Assembly: GCF_963853765.1 (NCBI RefSeq)
Contig: NC_088855.1
Span: 31,806,001 to 31,870,000, forward strand
DNA: 64,000 bases
Reading direction: 5' to 3'
Source of the DNA: Magallana gigas
Taxonomy: Eukaryota
The first letter of the stretch is position 1, and the number at the start of each line of letters is the position of its first letter. Below the pieces are notes generated by a model. That model had not been told where the DNA came from. It did not search any database and was given only the letters and a program-made list of their open reading frames with translations. This document shows positions 37,676 to 51,900 of the stretch, in pieces. The translations under genes and the position numbers were made by a program.

Positions 37676-38329
37676 AAGGTCTTCTATCATTTGCATTAAC
37701 AGCATTTGTGCTGCGCCGTCAATCTTCAGGCATTACTAAATGCTGTATGAGAGTAGTGAATTTTGCATCTGCTATATCACCACCATTTAGGCAGTCTAAC
37801 AAATTCTACATGTATTTTGACCGGTCTGCCGCTTCAAGATAAAAATTGTTGAACTGCTTCGTCACATATGAATGATATCTGCCCGATTTCGGTGAAACAA
37901 AAATAACCAGAAGGCAGTGCGGCACAAGTGACAACTTACATGTATACAAAAATGTCATGTACTTGCATCCATAGTTAAGCCAGGGTATAACAAAACAGTT
38001 ATTGACTAAGATTTCGACGACATCTGCTTTGTTAGACCTTCAGACAGAGAAATATTGTCCCCGGAACGACATTGTGCAGCATTTGTGTCCTCAATTCCAA
38101 CAAATAATATGCGGCCCCCATACCCAGGCAATAAATACATACTATATTATGTATAGGTGTTTCAGTTTGTAAATTTTGTACAGTTTTTCTATTGAAATGG
38201 TAAAGGCCTCGTAGGTTGTCAGAACTTTTGTCCTAACCATTTGTAAATGTATCTTATATATATACAATAAAATATGTTCAAATCAAAATTCAGTTTTGAA
38301 AATAGAATACCCCTCTCTAAACGCCCTGC

Positions 38330-38490
38330 AGTTCTGTCCGTCCGACATCATTTGCATGAAGCGTTCTTTCTCACTCCTCGAATCAGTCTGGCTCATACTT
38401 CATCCACACAGTGCCTTTGGGTTAAGGATGTACAGTGACCTTGTACAAAGTATTTAGGTCAAAGGGCAAAGGTCATAACAACGACTCTTC
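38330..38490 (+). repeat. Degenerate Helentron/HINE-like fragment
   Basis: gtccgtccg microsatellite seed followed by a gtgaccttg...aggtcaaagg...aggtca core, typical of bivalve Helentron-associated repeats (family recall). Confidence 0.35.
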
Positions 38491-41400
38491 AGAAATAAAA
38501 GGCATACCACCCCCTCGACTGTCTCAGCCCCCCAAACGCCGATTTTTTTTTCAGTTAATTCTTAATACTAAAACCATGTGGTTTGACAATATCCCTCTTG
38601 CATGTACACGCCAAGCAGTTTTTTTTCCAGATTAAAGAGAGGGTAATGTTCTTGTTCATAATTTTAACAAAACTTGAGCAAAGATTGCGTTCGATAAATT
38701 GCATGCATGCATTCGACGGTTTTCTTTGGAAATAAAAATAGAAGAAGTAAATCCTTAGAAACCATTTTAATTCCATATAAATATTTTTCATTCTATGCAG
38801 AGTTTCAATTACAAACTAGAAAAAAGAATTCGAACTATTTCAGTTTATCCTTTAGTATATGTAAGATGATGACATTTTGTGAGTTTTTGAGTAGGTTAGA
38901 TATAATTTAAAGCTATTATTAAAGGCGGATATTTTTCATTCACACTGACGGAAGAGTTGTCGCTCCTGTTACCTCCTGAACATTTTAATAGCCAATTTTT
39001 TTTTATTACAATGTACCTTACAAAGGTCGACTCAAAATACAATCATATTAGACTCGTATTGTCAGATTCGCTCACCCGAACAAATACATATTTACTTCAA
39101 TGCTAGAAAAGAATTAAAAACATAAAAAAACACAGAGCTATGTGTACTTTGTTGATTTTATCATATACTGGCAGAACACGATAATATATCAAACACTATA
39201 TTCTGTCGCTTATTATCGAGTTATTTCCCTTAGAATTTTGCTGGAAAAAATGCCTTACACGTAGTTCAAATTCAAAATACCTATTAACAATCATCATATA
39301 TTAATTTTTTATCTCTTGTACCATATACCAGTATTTTTACGGTTGGTACTCTGTATTTTAAAAAAGTATTTTTTTTTTTAAATTGCGATTAAAACATTTA
39401 TTATTGTAATATCATTACCTCGTAGACTAATTCAAGACTGCGAATTTTCATATGTCTGCGGTTTATTTAAACCAATGACCCGAATGTTTCTTGGTAATAA
39501 ACAATCTATCCACAGACGCTTGTCTCATACATTACGCATATTTGCTATAATAAACACCTTTATTAATTTCTGTAATAAATTGTTCGATGTTTTTGACGGT
39601 TTGAAGTATCAGTGTATGTACAAATCAAGTGCACGTGCTGCTAACCTGTACGTCCCGACATCAAATCATATGGTTTTTTAAAATGGTGAATACCGTTTTT
39701 AATGTTTTAATTTCAACATATATTCCAGAATCAAAACCTCGATCCGGTCATTATTTCTTTTTGCTGCTACGGTAGCGACAGTAAAAAGATATAGGAGCGG
39801 ATCGAGCATCTGCTTTTAATCTGATTGAGCTGCCATTTACAGTCATATCATCAACCAACAAGATTCTGCGTATTCCAGAATCAAAATCATTGCAATTCTT
39901 TCACTTAATGTAGAATTTTTATTATATGGTAAGAATGATATATCTGAACGTGAAAACAATAATGTTTTACATTGTCCAACAAAAGTTCTTTATCTAAAGT
40001 AAAATATTTTACGTTCACCTGTTGTACTGCATGTTAACTGCATGTACTATTGCTACATGTACACATATACATGTATATATCAAGTATGAGACCTGTGCGT
40101 GTGTGCTCACATACATGTATATTCTTATATGGCCTAACTTACTCAACAGAGAAAAACAAAACAAAACAAAACAAACGAAAAACAAAAAAACCAATATTAA
40201 TGTCAAGTAACATAATATTATTCGTATCGAAGACATTTATTTTACACGAAGCTTATCAATTCTTGAAATACTAGTATCATACGTTAACGAAAGTATTATA
40301 GAAGCTGAAATAAGAAGTATTATAGAAATGGGAGTATTTGGTTTTAATACAAGACATACATGTATGTCTAAAATAGAATACAGTCTAGAAACATTCCAAT
40401 AAATTGTTGGCTCTTCATATGGGTTTTTTTCTATTCATTATTCCATCCACTTATACAGAATTATATATCTATTTTTGCATATACATGTATTTATGTATAA
40501 TCCGTTTTTTAACAAGTGTTTCAATACTCCATTTCACATTTTCTTCTTAGTTTTCTTTCTTTTTATTTCTTCTCTCCATTCCTTCTTTTTTCTTTCTCAA
40601 TGTTCATGTACATGTGTCATGTTCGTGTGCTTTGGCCGTTTATTCTCTTCTCCATTGTAAAATGACTAGAGCGAGATTAACATAAACCATTTGAACTGTT
40701 TCCCAGTCTTTGCTTTTAAAGTGTACATGTATATGATACCGATTACTGAATAAATATTATTCAAAATAATCAAAGAAGGCGACATTTTTACCTTTTTTTC
40801 GAGGGGGGAGGTATAAATTTGTTACTTTTATGATAAGTAATACTTTTATTACTAAATTTGTTAAGCAAATATTAGTGGGGAAGTCATGTACATGTAACTA
40901 TCTTTACCAAAACATTTATTATTTATCTTTACATGTACCAGGTAAATTATTCAAATTTCACTTGAATTTTCAGCTTATACACTGTATGTCCCCGATTTTG
41001 TGGAATGTGAGAAAATTAAAGTTTAAGACAAAAACAATACCTTGATTATTTCTTGGACAATCGTATCAACGCAGCCTTTACCAGCACTGAAAGTTCAGTT
41101 CATGTCACACTACATTCGTGAATCCAGATTTATTTTTTTTTTTTTTCGAGGGAGGTGGTTTCCGGGAAATTTTTGTTTGCCTTTTTTCTTCAACTTTCTA
41201 TATTAATTTAGCTTAACAAATGTTTTTATTCTAGTGAAAGTATTATAATAACTTTGATGTTCCTTGGTCACAATGGAAATATATATTAGAAGAATAATTT
41301 GTCTTCTGGAATGAGATGTTTTCTTTCTGTTTTTTCTCACTATTTTTTATACAAATTAACAAAAATTGCATAGTTTTCTTTCTTTTTTTCTTTTTTTTTA

Positions 41401-41826
41401 TGTATCAGCTTAATAGCGTGTAAACTTACCTTAAATGTATTTTGTATATCTTGGTATGGGTGATGTGTGCAAGTCTGTATGGGTGGTCTGTGCAATGTAT
41501 AATACACATATTTGTCTGTTTGTAGCGAAAGCACAGAAATAAAGCATTATAACAAAAAAGTTTTAAAAACCCCCGGCCCTTTCTATCCCCTCAAGATTTA
41601 TTGTAGTGGAATCACGAGTTTGCGTGACGTCACAATCACGGACACATGGTATTAACGTCACAATCAAAACGACGCAATTACTATCACTACAGTATACACA
41701 GAAAAGTTGGAAGGTAATGAAAAGGTTGGTCTGTAGTTTATAACATCGAATATTGCATGTATGTAATTAAACATCATATCTTAGATGTGGTTACAGAAGG
41801 TATCTCTTGTTTCAGATCACAGTAAA

Positions 41827-43800
41827 ATGGAGTCACAGTCATATTGTGGAAATGGTTCAGTTACCAATATGGTAAATAAAATAACGTCTTATGCATGCAT
41901 CTCTGACAAATCCTAAAGTTGCAACATATATATTAAACAATCCATTTTGTCTTGTCCTTTATTTGTCTAGAAAAGGGTTGCAACCATAGACGATCAGGAG
42001 ATTCAAAGTTTAGACGAAAAGAGAGCTAAGGAAACCAGAAATGTAGAAATGAAACGTCGGATTAAGGATATCCCTGCACTGGAAGAAAGGAGACTTCTAG
42101 CTCTAGAAAGGCATATCAAGCGTAAACGGAGGAGACGCCCGTATGTTAAAAAGATCAGGAATTTTAACAAAACAGAGCAGCAGCTTAGCGAAACCTTGGT
42201 GGCTCCCCATGGAAAAATGCCAGACGACCATGGGGCGTTTGATTTAAAGGATAAGGGGATACAAGTATGCGGAGGGGAAGGGATAAAAGGTTGTAGTCAG
42301 AATGAAATCGAAGGTACTAGGATGGAAGTTTCCGTGAAATATGGGGAGAAGCCAAATTGGTTGCAAACGCCAAATGAACTGAGTGAGAGTTTTGAAATGT
42401 CATCAACAAAGATGGATGCCGAAGAAGATAAGCAACAGACAGTGCATTTTGATAAGTTGATTGAATACGTGCTCGACAAAGTCAAATCAGATATAGTGAA
42501 TAAAGTTGAAGATGAATTCGAAAGCCTGATCGAAGTTAAACAGTTGAATGTTGAAGGGGAATGTCAAATTGAAAAGGATGAAAAGACCTGCATAGAGGTG
42601 AAAGGAGAGGAACTAAATGAAAATGTCACTCAAGTGAAAAAAGTAAATACCTCAACTTCTGAAGACGCTGGACATGTAAATGAGGAAGACTTGAAGAAAG
42701 AAAAGGAAAAATTTAAAGATGAAAAGTATTTTTGTGCACATCTGGAGAGGGCAGAGAACAACGAAAACAAAATTGTTGATATCGGGTAAAATATCTACGT
42801 TTTTCTGTTCCTACATAATATTGTATCTGTAAATCAGTAACTTTTTTATAGTTCTATTTTCTTGTTCAAGAATTAAATACATGGCATGGCAAGGCATGGA
42901 GTATGAAATACATGTATTTGTTTTGAATAATTATATCATGTAGACAACATTCACAACATTTGATATCCCATTTGATAGCATTAAATTTCTTCTCAGTGGT
43001 GTAAAAGCCGAACAGACTTTCAACACATTAAGTGCTAGAATAAAGGAATCGAAACCAGACGACCCTAAATTGGAGGCCAGCAAAACCAGTCAGCTGATAA
43101 AACATGAGAAAGAAAACGATTTCGATGTAAGAAAGAAGGCAAAATGCGTTTCCTAATTATTTTACATCTTTTAAAAAATATAATGACCTGACAAAATACT
43201 GTGATGACCTATTCATCCATAATTTTGTTTAATCTGAAAGTGGGAAAGAATTTAAGTCGAAGAGATGTAATTTTTCCCCTGAAGTCTTCGAATGCAATGG
43301 TCTCAGTTGCGCTGAAATGGATATGCATGTCCATTGGTGGAATAGTTTTCGGTCCAATTTTTCTGATGATGACTCCACTCAAATACGATTTATAACATGT
43401 CATTAAGTATTCCAGTAAAGGAATAACGCATCTCCTTCCAATTTATTTTTAGCTCGTCGTCGATGACTTTGAGGATGACAAGGATGATGAAGAAGATGAT
43501 GATGATGATGGTTTCATGCCGAGAAAATTATTTTTCTTTAATATTTCTCAATTTAAGGTAACGTTTTTGTAATACTTGTAATTTTTTTCATGGCGCACTT
43601 AATTATACAATAAAATCATGAATCATGTTTAATTGAACTCTTCTATTATTCAAATCGATAGACTGCCTTTGGCAACTGTATCCCTCAGCTTTTTATTAAC
43701 TCAGTTTTTAGCATACATGCCTACACGTTAAACACGAACATGCGTATGAATTCTATAAGATGTTATTCATCTCTTTTAGAAAGAAGAATTATCCGCGTAA
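41827..43800 (+). CDS. Uncharacterised ~371-aa acidic E/K/D-rich protein with a basic NLS-like patch
   Basis: Exons 41827-41871, 41971-42785, 42997-43126, 43453-43557 and 43780-43800 (KEELSA*) with compatible phases 0, 2, 0, 0. Contains HIKRKRRRRPYVKK and a poly-Asp tract. A CRE-like GTGACGTCAC lies near 41625. Confidence 0.7.
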
Positions 43801-44276
43801 TGGACAGGAAGGATGAAAATTATCCACACAGTGAACAGAAAGGATAAGAATTATCAGCAATAAACAACATTCCATTTCATCAACTGGTTACTTTGTTTAT
43901 TAATGCTACGAGTTTAATAATAAAAAATAAAATGTATTCTTTAGATGTTGGGTATTTTATTTTACTGTGACACTTCTTTAGATTGCGAGATTAAATCAAT
44001 AGCATGTCAATGGTGATATTAAGACAAATAGCATAACAGATAAAATGGATAATCCGCATCCAAATTACGTACATGTACTTAATATCATCAATGTTCAAAT
44101 AAATTGAATTAAAGGAGCAAATATAATTTTATTGCAGTAACAAAAGGCTTTTTGTAAACATCTATAAAAATATTAATTTAGTCTTACTTTTTCTTTTCGG
44201 ACTGGTATAATAATATTTACCCCTTTTTTCATTTGCATCTTTTCTATGGCCTGAGTTGTATTATTTGTATTGAATA

Positions 44277-44490
44277 CTGTGAAATCATTAAAATTCGTGG
44301 GGACCTAAATTCGTGGATTGTTTAAAATTTACAGGTTCGTGGGGACAAAATTTCGTGTATTCTTTTATACCTACAAAAGGAAATATGACTTTATAACCCT
44401 ATAACGTCTAAGAGGATATAGATTTTTAGGTGAGAGGTACCCACGAATTCCACGAAAATTGAGCCATCACAAAATCTAATGATTCCACAG
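44277..44490. mobile_element. MITE with CTGTGGAATCATTA-type TIRs and TA TSD (Tc1/mariner-type); second copy at 49256-49480
   Basis: ta|CTGTGAAATCATTA ... TAATGATTCCACAG|ta. Confidence 0.8.
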
Positions 44491-46576
44491 TATTTCAATT
44501 TGTTCATTTTGTCTTTGATGTAGGAAGACTGCTAAAATAGACCGTGCCTGCTGCCTAATTTCATTTAATATACTGCAATGAATAAAATATTGTTGAAATA
44601 AAAATGATTCGGCCTGATATACTAGTAATTGGGGAGGGGGGAGGGTGTCATACACGTATGAGAAATCTGAAAGTGAGAACTTGATCAGGTTTTTGTGGAA
44701 TAAACATGATAAACCATGATGGAATAAATGGGCTCGATGATCTTGGCCATTTTTAGACTGTATTAATCTTCTTCAAAAGGAGAGCTTTATATCAGAATAT
44801 AGGAAATTTAAAAGGTGAATTACATATTTGCTACAAAAAAATAGTTTATAGCTTAAGAAATCATATCTTAAAATTGAAGGAAGATCTGATGACTTATCGG
44901 CCGACCACGCAGCTTCCGTTAGTACAATGTGACTAACAACATATATAATGACTGGATACATGCCAAAACCACAGGCAGGATAAATTCATTATGATTCTTG
45001 AAAATTCAAAGATTGCCCTCCTCGAACATTGACCTGGTTAATCAGACGTTTAGACTAAACAATTTTAAAATACGTGAATTAATTATTACTTCGATCCGGA
45101 TATCGCGGATAATGAAAGTTATTTGAAAAGGGACACTTGCTTTAAATTTTACATCAACTATCAATTCACTTAGGGGAAAAAATCATAATGGGTATCTGTA
45201 AACAAATGTTTTAGATTGTACAATCCTTTATGTCAACGACTGAAAAATCACTTAAATGTTTCAGAAACAAGAAAATCAATAGATAGTTAAATTCGGAGAT
45301 GAATAAGATATATTGTATTATAATCAATAGAAAAAAAAATCAGGAACAGATTGGTCTAAACAGCCATAGTAAAAATGTTTCTTTCATAAAGTACGTTTAC
45401 CAATGATAAATTTTCTACAGGTGCCATCTTGATTTTCTCTCAGGATACCGTGGGTGCCCTTCTTTGACCAATAGGTTTTAAGCGTGAAGTTTTGATAGTG
45501 AAATTTCCGTGAAGTTGTGGTTGACCCGGTATTGATTCAAGTTGTTCATAAAAAAAAAATTATCAATACAAGAAAGCAAGACTTGGTTGAAATTTATACT
45601 AATGCACGTATTTGGAAACAATAACAAAACTTGAGTTTTGTTTACAAAACACAGAGTAACGCTTTTGACTTGATATTTGACAATCAAATTTAATGAAACA
45701 TTTAAGATACCCTAAATAACAATTCAATCACTAATTAAAATATATGGGGAAATAATGAATTTTAAAAATACTGAGTTCGAATAGTGTAGAGGTCCCTTTG
45801 AAAGACAACCGCATTAGTTGATTACAAATGTATAAAAGATTTAAGATATATAATAATTATAATTATACAAGTACTTATTTATTCAAACTAAAGATGTAGC
45901 TTGTCAAGGATATTTTGACATTGCATCCTACTTAAGGCATTACAACTGCCTTATACTTTCATGTTATTTCCTACCATCTTATCATTTTGTCTAAGTGGGA
46001 ACTAGGTGCAACCGCACCGGATTGGCGTTGGCGTATTTTTTGCAGAGATGCGAGAAAATCTGTTAAACTGATTTTAACACAACAATGTTACGTGAAGGTT
46101 AAGTGGAAATCGTTTTTGTTTTTGCCGATCAATTTTTATCATGTGTTAGTAATAAAAGTTGGATGAAAAGAAAATGTAGTTGTTGTTTTTTTTCCTGCTG
46201 CTCGGTTGTTATTGAGTCTATGTCTATACATAACATCTTTGGTGTATCATTCAATAAGTCAAAGTCTTGTTGTCAATTTGAAATCTTGTTTTGTTTCAAA
46301 GACATTTAGGTTATCTATTGAAATTTATATAACCAAATATTTTTACTATACTTTCATGTTAAATACTGAAATCTGATTGGTTTATACGCAGTTGATAATC
46401 CGTTCTATTACCCTCAGCGTTTGCAACACAGTTGGCAACGGGTAACACAACGAATTGTTACATGCCCGTAAATTATGCATGCGCGTACGGTTCGCCGTAG
46501 AATTCACGTCATTTTTATATAAAAGCAGTAATAATTTCTCTAAAATTAAGACATTCAGTATAATAAAATAAAAAAA

Positions 46577-46701
46577 GCCTGTTTGGGAGGATAAAAGTTG
46601 AAATTGACACCCCGAGGAAACATTTGTTAACCTCCGCTTCACGTCGGTTGACAGTGGTTTTCTCGGGGTGACAATTTTAACTGCTACCCTCCCAAACAGG
46701 C
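46577..46701. repeat. Long imperfect hairpin within an unclassified non-autonomous element; second copy at 51586-51710
   Basis: gcctgtttgggagg...aattgacaccccgaggaaac pairs with gttttctcggggtgacaatt...cctcccaaacaggc. Confidence 0.7.
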
Positions 46702-47911
46702 ACTATTTATATATTATATCCAAAATTTGAGTGTTATATACTAGTACTTTATGTACTTATAACCCGCGCTTTGCTCTTTAGCCTTAAAACCGAATTCAAT
46801 ATACAGTAATTATTTGACTCTTTTGCTTGCATGTCTCACTTATTTGCATCTTTACTCAGTCGAGAATCTTCAGATCATCTAATATTCTTCACTTTTGAAC
46901 ACGTTCTAAAAAAAAAGCCACCAACGCATGCAAAAGAAGCCATTGCACCAAAAGTGAGTTGCGTATTGTATATGTGACGTCATAATTGATCCCGGTATTT
47001 ATTACTGGAGACAACTCAGTATGTATCCAAAACGTCCATTAAACATGTTTTATAAAATAATCAGTTGAAATCGAGAGATTTAATGAAATTTCAATGGGTA
47101 TGCTGGTTTGATGGGTAAAAACGGATGGTCCCAAGAAAGAAGCTGCCATAAGACCATTACTTATATACTTACTTATCTTTCGGGGAAAATATGAAATACA
47201 AAAAAGGTAAAATAAAAAAAAATAATTCACTAATAAATATTATTTCAAAGAGAAAACGATAATTTACATTTTATTTGCCATGAGCTTAATCTGTCCTCCA
47301 GGGTTATAAAAAATCGTGATACCTAATTTCCGTTGGGGGCTACATGTAGGTCCTCTGAGCCCTCTACCTGCTCAGTCGTAAAATCTTCTTCTTCTTTTTT
47401 AATTCACCGCGTCAACGCTTGGATGTTGCATATGTAACATTACATTAAAAATAACGAAAAGACCAAACAACACTGAATACTTCGAATCTTTAAAATCGAT
47501 TCTAGGCCAAGAAATTCAGTATATAAAGCAATCGGCACGAGCAATGAAAATTTTCAAATTTTCAAGATGAGTCATCCGAATCCTTTTTCATGTCAAATGC
47601 AGAAGTTAGTACCTAAATTCTAATTTTTTAAATAATAGTTTTAAAAAATACCAACACCACTTGTACACTGTCACATAAAATTACAAAACGAGCATGGAAA
47701 AACGGCTTTATGATGGGGAGTTTGTAAGAAAATCCAAATGATTTAGGTAAAGTTTAATATATTATTAACAATAAATATGATTTATACAAGAGAGTAACGA
47801 AATTAAACTCTGTTGGGGAAGGGGGGGGTGGATAAATAGAAATTGTGACTGGTTTAAAAAATGTGAAATAAATCCACACACCCAGCACTGGCCAGCAGTC
47901 TTTCATACAGA

Positions 47912-47994
47912 TGTCTTTTACTAATTAACAATTTTTAATTGTTAATGAGTCCTTGACTCACTGACAATTAAAAATTGTTAATTAGTAAAAGACA
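47912..47994. mobile_element. Centre-deleted copy of the TGTC...GACA palindromic element (83 bp)
   Basis: Same arms as 12855-12956 with a shorter centre; flanks caga/caaa. Confidence 0.8.
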
Positions 47995-48077
47995 CAAAGG
48001 TTAAACATTTCTTACTATAACTGACATGTATAAATTCAAAAGCTTTTAAAAATGATTTTATTGTGTATGTTATAAGT

Positions 48078-48997
48078 TCAAGTTCTTTATTCCAAGAGAC
48101 AAATGTCTCATAGGTTATACATATGAACATATACATATTAAATAAACAGTAAGAAAAACATAGTGTACATAATCAATTTGGATAATTCACATGGAGAGTT
48201 CGTTGCTTGTTTGCATAATATAAATATTTACCTAAATTGCACAGTTCTTTAGTATTAGAGGTAGATAATAACTGTATAACTTTATAGACACTTGGTTTTC
48301 GGGAGTAGTATTTTTTAATATACTTATCTCTTAAACTACAAAGTGATGGACAAATAAGTAAAAAATGGAACTCATCTTCAATTACATTTAAGTTGCAAGA
48401 TTCACATTTTCGACAATCACGCGTTAAATTATCATGCCTCCCTGTTTCAATCTTTAAGTCATGTGAGGACAACCGTAAGCGTGTAATTAATTTACGATAT
48501 TTTACATGAATTGGTTTCTTTAGGTAAACTTGTAAACAAAAATGATCAACAACATGTTTATATAATATACATTTTGATGCATTGCTTATATCGTTAACAA
48601 CTTTTTGTTTAAAGACATCACACATTCTATTAAATATAATATCTAAAATAACAGACTCTTTCATAGTACTTTGATATAAATCGGCTAAGCCTAAGATGGA
48701 CAATTCTTTCCTAATATTTGAAATCCAGATGTCATTATTTTTCACCATGTCTTCGTAGCATGCTTTTAAAATACAGTTTTTACTGATTCTTAATTTAAAC
48801 CAGTATTTAAAAAAAATTTTGTTTCCTGAAAATCTCTAATGGAAATCTACCTACTTCATAATAAACTGCACTGTTGCAAGTATTTTTTCTGACACCCAAA
48901 ACCTTCTTACAAAAATTTATATGGACTTTTTCTACATCTTGACCTTTATGGAATCCCCAAATTTCAGCACCATAACTAAGTACACTTTTTACATAAG
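48078..48997 (-). mobile_element. 5'-truncated non-LTR retrotransposon 3' fragment (RTE-X/L2-like, distinct from the 35-37 kb copy)
   Basis: ORF 48173-48748 (RLRLSSHDLKIETGRH...CxxC...EDEFHFLLIC) continues upstream in a shifted frame (YVKSVLSYGAEIWGFH...EVGRFPLE) to ~48997. The 3' end has AATAAA-GAACTTGAA at 48078-48095. Confidence 0.9.
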
Positions 48998-51900
48998 TAT
49001 TAAGGCAAATAGCATAACAGATAAACTAGATAAACCGCATCCTAATTACGTACATGTACTTAATATTATCAATGTTCAAATAAATTGAATTAAAGGAGTA
49101 AATAATCTTATTGCAGCAACAAAAGGCTTCTTGTAAACATCCATGAAAAAAATAATTTAGTCTTACTTTTTCTTTTCATACCGATATAATAATATTTACC
49201 TCTTTTTTCATTTGCATCTTTTCTATAGCCTGAGTTGTATTATTTGTATTGAATACTGTGAAATCATTAAAATTCGTTGGGACCAAAATTTGTGGATTGT
49301 TTAAAATTTACAGGTTCGTGGGGACATAAATTCGTGTGTTCTTTTATACCTACATGTACAAAAGGAAATATGACTTTATAACCCTATTTCATTAATTCGT
49401 GGAGGATATAAATTTTTAGGTGAGAGGTACCCACGAACTCCACGAAAATTGAGCCATTACGAAATCTAATGATTCCACAGTATTTCAATTTGTTCATTTT
49501 GTCTTTAATGTAGGGAGACTGCTAAAATAGACCGTGCCTGCTGCCTAATTTCATTTAATATACTACAATGAATAAAATATTGTTGAAAAAAAAAAAGATT
49601 CGGCCTGATATACTAGTAATTGGGGAGGGGGAGGGGGGGAGGGTGTCATACACGTATGAGAAATCTGAAAGTGAGAATTTGATCAGGTTTTTGTGGAATA
49701 AACATGATAAACCATGTTGGAATAAATGGGCTCGATGATCTTGACCAATTTTAGACTGTATTAATCTTCTTCAAAAGGAGAGCTTTATATCAGAATATAG
49801 GAAATTTAAAAGGTGAAATACATATTTGCTACAAAAAAAAGTTTATAGCTTAAGAAATCATATCTTAAAATTTAAGGAAAATCTGATGACTTATTCGCCG
49901 ACCACGCAGCTTCCGTTAGTACAATGTGACTAACAACATATATAATGACTGGATACATGCCAAAACCGCAGACAGGATAAATTCATTATGATTCTTGAAA
50001 ATTCAAAGATTGCCTTCCTCGAACATTGACCTGGTTAATCAGACGTTTAGACTAAACAATTTTAAAATACGTGAATTAATTATTACTTCGGTCCGGATAT
50101 CGCGGATAATGAAAGTTATTTAAAAAGGGACACTTGCTTTAAATTTTACATCAACTATCAATTCACTTACGGGAAAAAAAATCATAATGGGTATTTGCAA
50201 ACAAACGTTTTAGATTGTACAATCCTTTATGTCAACGACTGAAAAATCACTTAACTGTTTCAGCAACAAGAAAATCAATAGATAGTTAAATTCGGAGATG
50301 AATAAGATATATTATATTATAATCAATAGACAAAAATCAGGAACAGATTGGTCTAAACAGCCATGGTAAAAATATTTCTTTCATATAGTACGTTTACCAA
50401 TGACAAATTTTCTACAGGTGCCATCTTAATTTTCTCTCCAGATATTTTTTTTCCGTATGTGTCCTTCTTTCACCAATAGGTTTTAAGCGTGAAGTGTTCA
50501 TAGTGAAATTTCCGTGAAGTTTTGGTTGTCCCGGTATTGATTCAAGTTGTTCATTAAAAAGAAATTATCAATACAAGAAAGCAAGACTTGGTTGAAATTT
50601 ATACTAATGCACGTATTTGGAAACAATAACAAAACTTGAGTTTTGTTTACAAAACAAAGAGTAACGCTTTTGACTTGATATTTGACAATCAAATTTAATG
50701 AAACATTTAAGGTACTCTAAATAACAATTCAATCACTAATTAAAATATATGGGGAAATAATGAATTTTAAAACAAAAGTTCGAATCGTGTAGAGGTCCCT
50801 TTGAAAGACAACCGCATTAGTTGATTACAAATGTATAAAAGATTTAAGATATATAATAATTATAATTATACAAGTACTTATTTATTCAAACTAAAGATGT
50901 AGCTTGTCAAGGATATTTTGACATTGCATCCTCCTTAAGGCATTACACCTGCCTTATACCTTCATGTTTCCTATCATCTTATCATTTTGTATAATGGGAA
51001 CTAGGTGCAAAAAAGAGATATTTACGCGCCGGATTGGCGTTGGCATATTTCTTGCAGAGATGCGAGAAAATCTGTTAAACTGACTTTAACACAACAATGT
51101 TACGTGAAGGTTACGTGGAAATCGTTTTTGTTTTTGCCGATCAATTTTTATCATGTGTTAGTAATAAAAGTTGGATAAAAAGAAAATGTAGTTGTTTTTT
51201 TCCTGCTGCTCGGTTGTTATTGAGAGATTGTAGGTGTTTATACTTAACATCTTTGGTGTATCATTCAATAAGTCAAAGTCATGTTGTCAATTTGAAATCT
51301 TGTTTTGTTTCAAAGACATTTAGGTTATCTATTGAAATTTATATAACCAAATATTTTTACTATACTTTCATGTTAAATACCGAAATCTGATTGGTTTATA
51401 CGCAGTTGATAATCCGTTCTACTACCCTCAGCGTTTGCAACACAGTTGGCAACGGGTAACACAACGAATTGTTACATGCCCGTAAATTATGCGCGTACGG
51501 TTCGCCGTAGAATTACGACATTTTTATATAAAAGCAGTAATAATTTCTCTAAAATTAAGACATTCAGTATAATAAAATAAAAAGAGCCTGTTTGGGAGGA
51601 TAAAAGTTGAAATTGACACCCCGAGAAAACATTTGTTAACCTCCGCTTCACGTCGATTGACAATGGTTTTCTCGGGGTGACAATTTTAACTGTTACCCTC
51701 CCAAACAGGCACTATTTATATATTATATCCAAAATTTGAGTGTTATATACTAGTACTTTTTGTACTTATAACCCGCGCTTTGCTCTTTAGCCTTAAAACC
51801 GAATTCAATATACAGTAATTATTTGACTCTTTTGCTTGCATGTCTCATTTATTTGCATCTTTACTCTGTCGAGAATCTCAGACCATCTAATTTTTTTTAA

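Larger units (their letters stand above)
44017..48077 (+). repeat. Segmental direct duplication, copy 1 (~4.06 kb)
   Basis: Colinear with 48998-54402 from tattaag.caaatagcataacag to ttgtgtatgttataagt. The ORF track shows paired ORFs (45478 vs 50498; 46103 vs 51097). Confidence 0.95.

Noticed and set aside
37680-38160. GC-richer, coding-looking stretch beside the LINE 5' end
   Set aside because: No long open frame or recognisable motif in any frame read; left unannotated.
43201-43403. Overlapping short ORFs in intron 3 of the acidic gene
   Set aside because: No convincing splice sites or homology; an alternative exon cannot be excluded but is unsupported.
45478-51390. Paired short ORFs (MIVKYQVK..., ...VFADQFLS...) as a duplicated gene
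   Set aside because: AT-rich chance ORFs that recur only because of the segmental duplication.
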